Shown: piece after piece, positions 1 through 11,600 of the stretch
Layout of the letters: each line of letters opens with the position of its first letter
Numbering within the stretch: the first letter of the stretch is position 1
Source of the DNA: Catajapyx aquilonaris
Taxonomy: Eukaryota
Direction of reading: 5' to 3'
Assembly (NCBI GenBank): GCA_000934665.2
Contig: JYFJ02004045.1
Coordinates: forward strand, 1 to 35,381
Length of the DNA stretch: 35,381 bases
Notes under the pieces: model-generated
The model's input: the letters and a program-made list of their open reading frames with translations, nothing else
Told to the model about the DNA's origin: nothing
The model's database searches: none
Position numbers and translations under genes: made by a program

Positions 1-2483
1 GGAATCGTTATTTTATTTTCTTCTCCGTCATAAAACGTCACGCTGTATTGAACTTTATGGGTCTAAAAAGGACGTAATAGAATACTTCAGCCTGAGATGC
101 CCGTCTTATGATAAAGTGTGCACACAACTTGAGCGAATCTGCGGGTTGCGCACAAAAAAAATAGACTCGCGAAAGAAGTCAAGACGGAAAGACTCATAAA
201 AGCCTCGGAGCTCCTTATATAAGTCTGTTTTTGCTCTCAATGAAGAATGTTTGAAAGTTACCAAATTTCCACTTCAATCCTCGCCTTATGAACTTTCTAG
301 TGAGTCCAGAATTGCTTACCTTGGACTCCAGATTGTGCTCAGTTCTTCACACCAATCAGTGTCATCCCCCCAAAAAAAATTGAATCAAATTTTTTTGGGG
401 TATATGTTACATTTATTACTCCTACTTGTTCAGCAATGCTTCATCTGACGACGTTATCGGTTCTCTTCTTGATATCAGATTTTTCTCTCGTCTTTGGTAC
501 AGTTTGCCAATCTGAACCGAATCAGGAGAACGACCCACTCGAGTTGACGAACATAAATCTCCGGACCCTCATGGAACCCCATTTGTGCAAGCCCGTAGAA
601 ATAAGATTGTATCGCACGAAAAAGAAGTTGTGCAGTTTCATCCGTTACACTTCCTGGTGGGCTAATCAGAAAACCGATAAAATTTACGTCGGTTTTTGGC
701 CCAGCAGATGTTACCAGCTGGAAGTATTCTGTCTTTTGGAGCGGCTTAAAAACTATACATGTGACACTGTTTCAGATTGTAGTTCTGGATGTTGGCCAAT
801 TTGAACCGGTGTAAAAATCCGAGGTCAGGGCGTAGTGGATGGCCTCCTTTATACATTTTTTTGGGGGGAGGGAGGGGGGGAGGTCCTCTTCGTCTTCTTC
901 AGTAGCAACTGACCACGGGGACTGGATGAAGTGTCTTTGGCAACGTTCTTTTTATGGCACTGGTTCTGCTACGATTGATCTAGAGGCTAGCTGATTTTTT
1001 TGTGCAAGGACCGTGGGAAAAGGTTGTGGGAATTAGGGCGGAATGTCTGAGACTAATTTTTTGAACTCTCAGGAAACTTAGCTTCCTCCATTTGTACCTG
1101 TCCTTAGCTTATCCGCCATTTCTAGGGGGGAAAAATTGATATTAATATTAATAATAGCCGTTCCTGGAGTGTCCCCTTCTCTAGTTCTTATGCTTAGATA
1201 GGACCGAGGTAATTCGCTCATAAATTTAGGACCAGAGCACCTTTTTTCCATAATAATCAGCCCGGAGCTTGTGAAACTCGTAGATTGTGAAAAAATGACA
1301 TTTGAATTCGCATCTCGGGCGATCCCAGTGACGTCATTGCATTAGGCGGCGCGATTAGATAAAGGCTTAGAGCAATTTAGTTCTCGCACTTTAGGAGGAC
1401 AGCAGTGCTTAATGAAATTTACGAGATAACCTAATAGTGTCTCAAGGATGTGCCGGAACGCTAAATATTACGGAGTGGCCATACAGTGTCACTGGCACAC
1501 GCTCGCCGGTTGGAAATATTACAGGAAGTACAGCGTGACTTAAAAGTGATGTACGATTTTTTTTAAATGGTGTGGGCAAGAAAAATGGACATTTGAAATG
1601 CGGGCAGCTGTATGAGAAGATCATTGCAAGTGGCGACGGTTACACAAACCATGATTTATGCAAATGGGGAAATAAATCGTAGCTCGGTTTGTTGGAGGAT
1701 AATGCCAACTGTCCCCTCTCCCCTGGAAGCTGGGGAAACCCCCATCCACCCACTAGTAGGGGGGGATTCTCGCCTGGTCCTATTAGGCTTCAAGCCAGCG
1801 TGTAATATTGGTTGCAACTGAATATAGGACTCTTGTCCTCACTGAGAGTAAATTCCTGGAACTGTAACGCTGCTGAGGGAAAGGGCAGGGGGGGGGGGGT
1901 CGAGTTTAATTAACTTTTGAGCCCCCCGGTCGAAGTGAAATGTTTGCTGGTTCCCTGATTAATCCGGTGTCATTCACTTTTTGAAATATTTGGGCGACGT
2001 CGGGCCACCACACTGGATATGGATTTTTTGAGCCCGGATTTAGGGCAGTTAACCAACCTGGGAAGGATAGCCTGATGTTCTTCGCGTTAGGAAGGGTGTA
2101 ACATATGTGCCATGTTATTCTGACCTGCAGTCAATTCACCCTTTTCCTTATTCTCCATCCCCGTTTGCTTCACCGCGCTGTCGTAACACCCGCCCATTAC
2201 GCAACGGTTAAGTCCCTCCAGAACTTGGTTATAATCGGGTATAATTCCCTAATCAAGTTCATTATAAAGGGAGTTGGAGTGTATTTGCAAGTCTCGGAAC
2301 CCCATAACCCCTGGTGAATGAGCCGAAATGTATTATTGCGATTCCCCCCTTCGAAGGAACCGCGTAACAATCCCCGTCAGTCATCCGAGAAAATGGAGGT
2401 TAATTACGTTTGCAGCTTTTCCTCCTTAAGGCCATCAATAAATTAGCTGGTTGTTAATCACTTGTTATGCAAATTTTTTTCAG

Positions 2484-2615
2484 CTCCTCCCGAGTGCGAA
2501 GCGGGTCAGTTCCCCTGCGGCCAGTACGTCTGGAACAAGACCTATTGTCTACCACCGCACCACCGATGTGACAAGACCGTCGATTGCGTCGATGGAACCG
2601 ACGAAGCCGATTGTA
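2484..2615 (+). CDS. LRP2: Megalin exon (window exon 1): one LDL-A repeat
   Basis: tttcag| ... |gtaag; [11 protein letters not shown]...[11 protein letters not shown]; phase 1-1. Confidence 0.92.
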
Positions 2616-5600
2616 GTAAGTTATGGTTTCAATTGAATCCCATGATTTTGGGTATAGTGATGAGGTGCGCGTCCCACATGTGGAGGAAACTAACGACGTC
2701 GTATCCTCAACATGAGAAGCCGTTTAAAGTCCCAAGTGCACCCTAGGGAGTCCGCAGGCGGAATATGAGCGGAGATAAGAATATTTGGGAGTTGTGATGG
2801 GAAAAGGCCGGGCTGGCTGGGATATGCAATTAGAGGGATGGCAAAGCGACATCGGCGTTTTCCGGGGGGCAACCAGAATAAATAAGGCCCTCTGGAAAAC
2901 CCGGAATAAGCTGTAGGCCCGGTTATTAGTGGAGACCCCCCCCCCCTCGTTTTTAGCCGCGGAATTATTGCTTGAACATATATCCACCAACCCCCAGGCT
3001 GCAGATTAGGGAATGAAATTATTTTGTTTGTCGTGGTTGGTGTCGCTGTACAAATGAAGCGGAAGGAGCCTNTTTTTAGGCACACACATCTCTCTCGCTC
3101 CAATTGGTTCATTGCCTGACTTTTAAGCTGGTCCCTAGATAATTTGCTGCAGGTTTGAAACCCAACTTTTTTTGCATGTTTTATAAATAACCGATGGGCA
3201 GGCACACGAAAGGCAGTGGCTTCCCTGTCGTTATTGCGCAATTTTGAATCAATCTTGTATGCCTTAGGTCAAAATATAGCACTTGACGTATACCGGATTG
3301 ATCCAGAGTCGCACTCTAATGTATCATGGGCCAGTTTTCATAACAAGTCGCGATTATTACGTCAAGTACAATTTTACATGTACCAGTATATTTTCTAAGC
3401 TGAAATTATTATCTTCCAAAAAAAATTTCACTTTTTAATCATACTCTCATAACTCTTCAGCGATAGCTGTTCAGATCCCAGGCCATGGGTAATTTGTCTA
3501 GGCCACTTTTTTCGGCCCCCGAAAACTCCGGGCCAGGCTGCTAATTAAAGCGGAGGCATGTAATATTCCTGTTCAATATGGTGACGGCCCATATTGATAT
3601 TCTGGAGAGGGTATAGTGAGTGACCCCAGTGGAGAGGAATGTTGGAGGAGGCTGCAAACGTCAACTGCAGCCCCACGGTTTTGTGGGCTGCCCCCTCCCA
3701 ATCCCCCCATCCCCCTCTCAACCTCCCGAGAGATTTGCGGCATTTTGGGACTAGGGGAGGAATAGGGGCCGCCCCTGGGTGCACTGGGGATTTGTTTCCT
3801 AGGGACGAATTAACGTGGGGCAGCACCGCATAAGTGGAGGTGTCGAGAGGGATTAGGCGACAGCTAAACCTCTCTCCTGTTCTGACTCTAGAGTAGCCCT
3901 ATATGGCTCTTAAAAATATATGGCAAAAAATTGCATAAAATTATATGCATGCTTTCAAAAAATTGCCATATGAATATTGTCTACAAAAATATGGCGAGAT
4001 GGCTCTCACAGTTCAGTTAAAGTGAAAAATGGCGTCTGACATGTTTAAAATTTCTGGAGTGCTTTTCTCCCAAACGTGACGCGTCACAAGACGGCCTTAT
4101 CGGAGAATTTAGTCGATTCAAGAGCAAGTGTCAAGCGAAGGAAAACTCGTTTAGAGAGGAAAAGCCTTCACCCCTTCTATTCCTCCTTTTGTTGACGGAG
4201 GATCAGGTTATGCAGACACCACGTGCCTGCTTCACATGAAAGATGCGAAAGTCACAACGTCGAGGGACCACCGTTGATCCTCCTCAGAGATTTTAAACGC
4301 TAGAATGCGCTCACGTCGTCTCTAATGCCGTAGCGTCACGCCAGGCGGAGCTCACGTCGCTCGCCAGATGGAGCCTAGCAAATCCCTCTTGCAATCGAAG
4401 GAATGTAATTAGCGTACAAAAGAGCCTGCTTAGAAAGTCTCTCTCCATTTTTCGACGCATTCGAGGGAAGTTTTGCGAGAAAGTTTATATATAAAAATAT
4501 ATATATATAAAAAGGAAGTATGCGCAAAGTTGCTGGACTGTATAGGTCCTTTATATGCCCTTCCTCCGAGGGAGGTTTATGAAAAGGGAAGCCAGAGAAG
4601 GAATTAATACTTGAAAGGGAAACGTTGGTGGAGTAGGCTCAAGATATCTTCCGTACTTTGGAGGGGAAGTCAAATTGTGAAGTCCGGAAAGATTTATTTG
4701 AGCGTACAGTACCGGTTGGAGAAAAACACTTGTGCTAATTGGGTTTCTTCCCTGTTTACTTCTCGTTTGCTCAGAATTTTTGTTATGATTTTATAACGGT
4801 TGTATTGGCGTGTCCAAAAATGGTCTTGAATGAGTCGAAATGAGGACTGAATTAGAGTGCAGCAGTAAAGCGGGTGGTGGAGCCTTGGGGGTGGATAATT
4901 GAAGGGCGCAGTGTCTTTATCCGGGCTCGTATCCGGGGCAGTAAGCTGGGCTTTGATAGCCCCCTGCCTCACTTTTACGCCCATTCACGTGTCCTCAAGA
5001 GCTCGTCGTGTCAGCTCCGGCGCTTCATTAACATGGCCCAAAGTCTCTGCTCCCCATGAACCCCCCCGAATTGTGTCGTTGGATAGGCTCCCTAGTTCGA
5101 GGAAATATTATCAATATGGTTCTTGTACGTGTCGAATTTTTTTTTGATGCCCAGTTTGCCCCCTGATGTTTCATGCATGCCTATATGCGAATTTGCGTAG
5201 AAGGATATAATTTTACAGGCTCCTTATGGTCATGCGGAAGCGGGCTTAGAGCGAAATGAAAAAGTTGGAAGCAAACAGTGGAAGGTTTGACCAGGAACTT
5301 ATATACGGTATATATCCGGGGGGGGCGAAAATCCGGTTTAGCAGGGCCAGCAAGTAATACTATCAAGCGGCCCCAGCCCTCCATGTGCCCGTACTCTAAT
5401 CACATTAGGTCCACTTGGCCGCCTGCGGGACACGCAGATTCCATCTCCCCCTGTCTGTCTGTCTACCCTCTTTTTCTATTATTATTCACCACCAGTATTT
5501 GTGCGTATGTAGGGGGAAAAAGATGTGACATTTCCATACATTACAGCGTACCGCACGTGCTATCCGGAAGACTTCAAATGCGGCAACGGACTGTGCTTGT

Positions 5601-8600
5601 CGTCGACGAAGAGGTGCGATGGGTACTTGGACTGTCGGGATGAGAGTGACGAAAAGGGTTGCAACAACACGGTGGCATGCAGGTTGGATCAGTTCAGATG
5701 CTCTAACAGCCAGAGGTGTGTGGAGCTGCATCAGAAGTGCAACCATCGGGATGACTGTGGGGACAACTCGGACGAACAGGGATGCAGTAAGTGCTGGATG
5801 ACAACGGTGTTTGATGTGGTGCTGACATTTTAATTTGTGTAGATTTTCCGGCGTGCCATGTGGGGCAGTTCAGGTGTGCTAATGCCCTTTGTATACCGGT
5901 ACGATGGCATTGCGACGGCTACCAGGACTGCGCTGATGGATCAGACGAACTCAACTGTACCGTCATCGTATGTCCCGACAGCAAATTCCTATGCCCCCAT
6001 GGTAACCCAGACGGTACCGCCAAGTGTATCGAGAGAGCCAAACTGTGCGACAACCGGATCGACTGTCACGATGCAGCCGACGAGAAGAACGCATGCTGTG
6101 AGTATACGCACCATTTGCATGCTAATTAACATTGCAATGTTTGTTTAAAAAAAAAATAAGTTACTCTTCCCCTGAGGGATGTTTATGGAGGCATGAAATG
6201 TGAATATCTGCTGCGGATTGCGCCCATGCGATTTGGGGGTGTTCGGTGTTGGGTGGGGGGTACCGGGTCCATCGGTCCAATTCGTGGTTGCTCAGCAGGT
6301 GGGGGAATGGGTGGGCAGATTTTGCGTCATGTGTTGCGGTTTTGCAAATTGGTCGACTGCAAACCGCCAAATCTGTGGCCCCGGCTGGGTTTGGGACGTG
6401 CTTATCTTTTGTTACTGTTTTGCAAAATTCGGTCATACGCTTGTGAATTATGCCAATACTGTTGGGAAAAAATTGACGACAATTAGCTGGGGCTGGATTC
6501 ATAATTGGAGCAACTATTTCTATTAGCCCTAAGTTTTAATATGAAAATGAGGTGTACCGGGGGAAAAAAAAGATTGGAATTTCTGCATAGCAAGTAGTTC
6601 TGGGACTATAACAATATTAAGGACGAGATGCATCGGTATGCCAATACCTGTCTTTTCTTCCACTTCCGGATGCAAACTCGCAATTTAATCAAAGTCCCAG
6701 CTCCCTGATTGGGTACCGGAATGAACTTCATCCCACTTAAACTTGGCGACTGACGAGTTTTGCATTTCTATCTGCTTGCTGCAAGACCAGATATAAAAAT
6801 AATCCCCACTTCAAGTACTCCCCAAGCTTCGTACTTAATGCAGGATGAGTATGCACCAGAAAAAGAAGAGATTTCCCAAGTGAGAGGTTTTTTTTTCTCT
6901 TTCTTCTTCTTCCTTCCTTTTTTATGGGATAGAAAATACGGGTTATGCTGGGTTGGGAAGGGAAGTTAATGGGAGTCCCTCAGGAGAAGGATCCGTTATT
7001 AAAAATCAATGGGCGTGTGGCAGTTACGGAAAAAAGAGACCATTAAAGGGTGGGCTGCCACCAGATTTTTCTACCTAGTGTTAGTTAGATGGACAAAAAT
7101 CTGAAAGGCGTTTAATTGGATCCGGTGTGGAATTTTTTTTTTTCGGTGAAAGTGCTGCCACTCGTCTTTCTCCATAATTGCAGCTAGCTGGAGGATTGGA
7201 ATTGGAATGGCGGGGATGGGTGGGAATTTTGGCACAGGGAGCTGGTACTTCATTTCCTTGTCATCTTCACCGTGGAGGGGTAATCTATTAGGACCACAAT
7301 TTTGAGGGGGTGTTAGAGCTGAATTGGTGCATGGATGGTAGTAAACTGGTCAGAAATTTGGACCATAACTGGATGGTCTTAGTGGTCATCAATCATGTTA
7401 TTTGACTGGACAGTGGTAAAGGGAGGAATTAGGTGCCTTTTTTTTGATTTGTGTGGATATTAAGATGGGTGTAAAAGGATGTAGGGGTTGAAAAGTATTT
7501 TAGGAGGTATCGGAATTGAGGTTGACGACCCATAACTTGAGAGTTGTTTATATGCCCCATCAAGTTAGTTGGCTAATGAAGCCTTCCTGTGGAGTGTCTG
7601 TTCATCGTCAAGGATTCTGGAAACCGCAAAAAACAACACAGGCTTGAAAACATGAATTCACAGTATCTTTAACCACTTCAATCATGATCATTTTACACCG
7701 GGACATCAATGCTGCCGTCAGATGTAAGAAGACTGTAACTCAAAAACTAGTGAGGGTGCGCATGGATGCAACTTTCACCCTCACTAGTTCTCAAGTTACA
7801 GTCTTCTTACATCTGACGGCAGAATGGCCGTAGTTACTGACTGGAGTAATTTATACATTTTAATTCACTTTTCCTCCTTGAAGCATCTGGTCAGTGTCCG
7901 TCATTGGGATGTGAGCACCTCTGCAAAGCATCGCTTGAAGGTGGTGCTTGCTACTGTGCGGAAGGACGCATGCTGGCGAATGACTCTAGAACGTGCCAAG
8001 GTATGACATCATGGGCTAGGTTTCCTGTGCTCCGAAGTTCTCAATGTTCACAATATTTTGCAGACAAAGATGAGTGCTCTGAGTGGGGTTTCTGTGATCA
8101 GCTCTGTCAGAACACTGATGGCAGCTACCAATGTTCCTGTGCCCATGGCTATGAGCTGCTGAACCACACACACTGTAAAGCCACAAACTCTTCCCAGATG
8201 ATGCTCTATTTTGCACACTACCAAGAGATATTCAGAATGGATGGTGAGGGAGGTAACAGGCAGGTCAGTATAACAATGCTTGGTACAAATGAGATGAATG
8301 TTTCCAGTTTGGACATATTTGGTGGGAGTATTGTGGTTTTATTTTGCAGCGGTTTTGGTAACAATGCCTAGAGTTCCAGGATTGCATTCTAACATCCTGC
8401 TCTTACACAGATTGGTTGTACCGGTATGCATACTTACAGGAGTTTTGTATATATTTTTTGTCATATTAGTTGGTGGCAAACACATCAAGTGGGAGTGGGC
8501 TGGACTTTCATCTCCGGCGTAAGATGCTTTTCTGGTCAGATTCTGAAAGCCGAAAGGTCTTCACTCTGCCTTTGGATTCAACGGACTCATCAGATGCCAG

Positions 8601-11600
8601 GCGACCAAGGAATAGCCGCCCTGACTTTGGGCCTCCTGGAGCATGGTTGCCAGTAGCTGTAGCTGTTGACTGGGTTGGGGACAAGCTCTACGTGGCTGAT
8701 GCTTTGGGACAAAAGATTGATGTGTTTGAACTGGATGGTCACTGGCATGCCATTGTGCTCAGCACCAACCTCACCTCACCCTCTGATATTGTACTGGATG
8801 CCACTAGAGGGTAAGGACTGTAATTCAGAAACCATCTGTAATAAGTTTCATTGTGACTAGGGAGAAGATATTAGTGTCTCATGGTTGTTTCATTGCTTTT
8901 GCAGATTGATGTTCATAGCAGACACGAATCGACTTCTGAGGGCCAGCATGGCGGGCATGCGCCTGATGACTCTGGTAGCTGATGCTGTGTACCGTGCCTC
9001 TGGGGTAGCTTTGGACTTGGTCAGCCAGAGGGTATTTTGGTGTGACTCCCTCCTCGATTACATTGAGACCGTTGATTACGAGGGACAGAATAGGTTCATA
9101 GTAGTGAGAGGTCCCTCCAATGTGCCATCCCCATCACGGCTAACCCTCTTTGAGAACAAGCTGTTCTGGACTGATGGGACCAAGCAGGGTATTTTGAGTG
9201 TGGACAGGTTTGGAGGCCCAACAACTATCAGGCCAATCTACAGGCGGCGGAGTGTGATCCGAGAACCCAGATCAATTAAAGCTGTTCATTCATTACTGCA
9301 ACCAAAAGGTAAGTCTCACACCCCGTGCTGTGTTAATGCTGTTGCAATGCAGTGATTTATGTTTCTAATAAATGCAAACGCTAATATTTCCATTACTTGA
9401 TTTCAGTGCCAAACCCATGTGGAACAACAAATGGAAACTGTGAGCACATGTGCATAGTCACTAGTACACCGGAAGGCTATGGAATTGGATATCGCTGTGC
9501 CTGCCATATTGGCTGGCAGTTGGCGAAGGATAGGCAGCAATGCAATCGTAAATATCTGAACCCCATCAGTAGAAGAGAAAATAAAATTGCTTACGTGATC
9601 CTTTTCCCTTCCAGGTGTGTACGAATTCCTGATGTACTCCCAACACAAGTTCCTTAAGGGTCAGGTGATTGACCCTGTCACTGAAGGATTCAATGATGCC
9701 ATGATTCCAGTAGTGTCCAGAACCGCTAGGTTTGTAGGCCTTGACTTTGATGGACACGACAACTATATCTACTACTCAGACGTCCTTCAGGATGTCATAT
9801 ACAGGATCAACAGGAATGGAACAGGTAGATGTAATGAAATTATTTCAACCTCCCCACACTAACTTTAGGATATTGGATCAGTTTTCTTGTTTACATAACT
9901 ACGAGTACATTATAAACTCTAGTAGAACCCAATTGACTCTCACTTGTCATGTGTTGATGGAATGCAAATACTAGCCAAGTCATTTGTGAAAAAAGTATTA
10001 ATGACATTTTTGGTGTGTTTCAGGGCGTGAGATAGTACTGGCATCTCAGAATGAAGGAGTTGAGGGCCTTGCAATGGACTGGGCTTCTAAGAACTTATAT
10101 TACATTGACAGCCGCAAAGGCACTCTCAATGTATTGAGCACCCGCAATACCACATACCGACGCACCTTGCTGAGGAACCTCAAGCGGCCCAGAGCCATTG
10201 TGGTGCACCCCAATCGGGGGTACATCTTCTTCTCCGAATGGGATCGCCCAGCCAACATCAGTCGTGCCTATACAGATGGAACCAGCCTAATTGTGTTTAG
10301 AAATGTACTGTTGGGATGGCCCAATGGATTGTCCATCGACTATGAGAAAGACCGACTCTACTGGTGTGATGCCTTGCTTGACCATGTGCAGCATGCCAAC
10401 TTGGATGGTTCTGATGTGAAGACTATCAATTCAAGGCTGATACGACATCCATTCTCACTTGTAGTGCACCAAGGTAACTTTTATTTGCTAAATGTTGCAT
10501 TATGCAGGGTGTTTCCTGTAACTCTGTAAAGACTTCAGGGGTAATAGAGGGGACCAAGACAAGTATTTTTGACATATGAACCTGTGTCCGGAAATGCCAT
10601 CTAGAGGGGGTTCATAGACAAGGAAGGGGTGCGCTCAGATGCGTCACGCGGGAGGCGCTAGGCAAGGGGACTGTTTTGTTGATAGATGGCGAGCAGTTGT
10701 TGCCAAGCTATGGCATATCGCGTCGTTGTAAGTAAACGCTATACACCATAACTTGGCAACAACAGAATCGTTGTTTACTATCTGCGCGTCTCCTAGGAGG
10801 CGGACTTTAGTTGCTAGATGGCTCTGCTGTTGCCAGGTTATGGCACATCCCTTCGGTGTTTACTATCCGAGTGCCATCTACAGTATCAACAAAACATTCC
10901 GCTGTCCTAGCGCCTCCCGCGTGACGTGTCTGAGCGCACTCGTTCTTGTCTATGAACCCCCTCTAGATGGCGTTTCCAGACACGGGTTCCCATGTCAAAA
11001 ATACTTGTCTTGGTCCCCTCTATTACCCCTGAAAGTCTTTACAGAGTTACAGGAAACACCCTGTATTATGGGTTACTTTGCTGATATCTTGTGAGTGGAT
11101 AATAAAGCAGTTTACATGCTTTTGGCTTCACCTGACACTGACATCAAAAGGCTTTGAAATTGGGACATGGCCAGAGCCAGTTCACTTGCCAATTGTTTCA
11201 GTAGTAACGTATTTTGAGGGCTGATTTTTAAACAGAGTGCATTTGTCCACATGTTTATTGATAGATTCGTTTCCTTCATAGACTGGGTATACGTGACTGA
11301 CTGGAGGTTAGATGCAATATTCCGTATCAACAAGGAGGATGGGGAAAATGAGGAGATTGTGGTTCAAGTCGAAGAAAACAACCGGCTGTATGGTGTCAAG
11401 GTGTTCAGTGCCCAGGCCCAGACCATTGTTGACCGCCACCCTTGCTTCCGTAACAATGGCGGATGTGAGAAATTCTGCTTCCCCATTCCAAGTAACCATA
11501 CGAACAAGGGCTTGGAGCCCAGGTGTGGCTGTCCATATGGAGAGAAACTCAATTCAGATGGACACACATGTGCTTCTGATCCAAGTGCTGAACCACCTGT

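Noticed and set aside
1329..1336. TGACGTCA CRE palindrome
   Set aside because: A single 8-mer is expected by chance in 35 kb; no supporting context
251..2317. ORFs upstream of the first exon (e.g. 436-804) as a signal-peptide exon or separate gene
   Set aside because: Starts at non-ATG or weak contexts, no recognisable domain, no convincing phase-1 donor; treated as intron
3072..3072. Single N base
   Set aside because: Assembly ambiguity; intronic, no effect on the gene model
6170..6530. GC-rich block with ORFs in several frames and GGG...CCC ends
   Set aside because: No convincing TIR pair or protein domain; may be a decayed repeat but unsupported
10753..11094. 113-aa ORF in the MITE as a transposase remnant
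   Set aside because: No HTH or DDE/D motifs; runs through the inverted repeat
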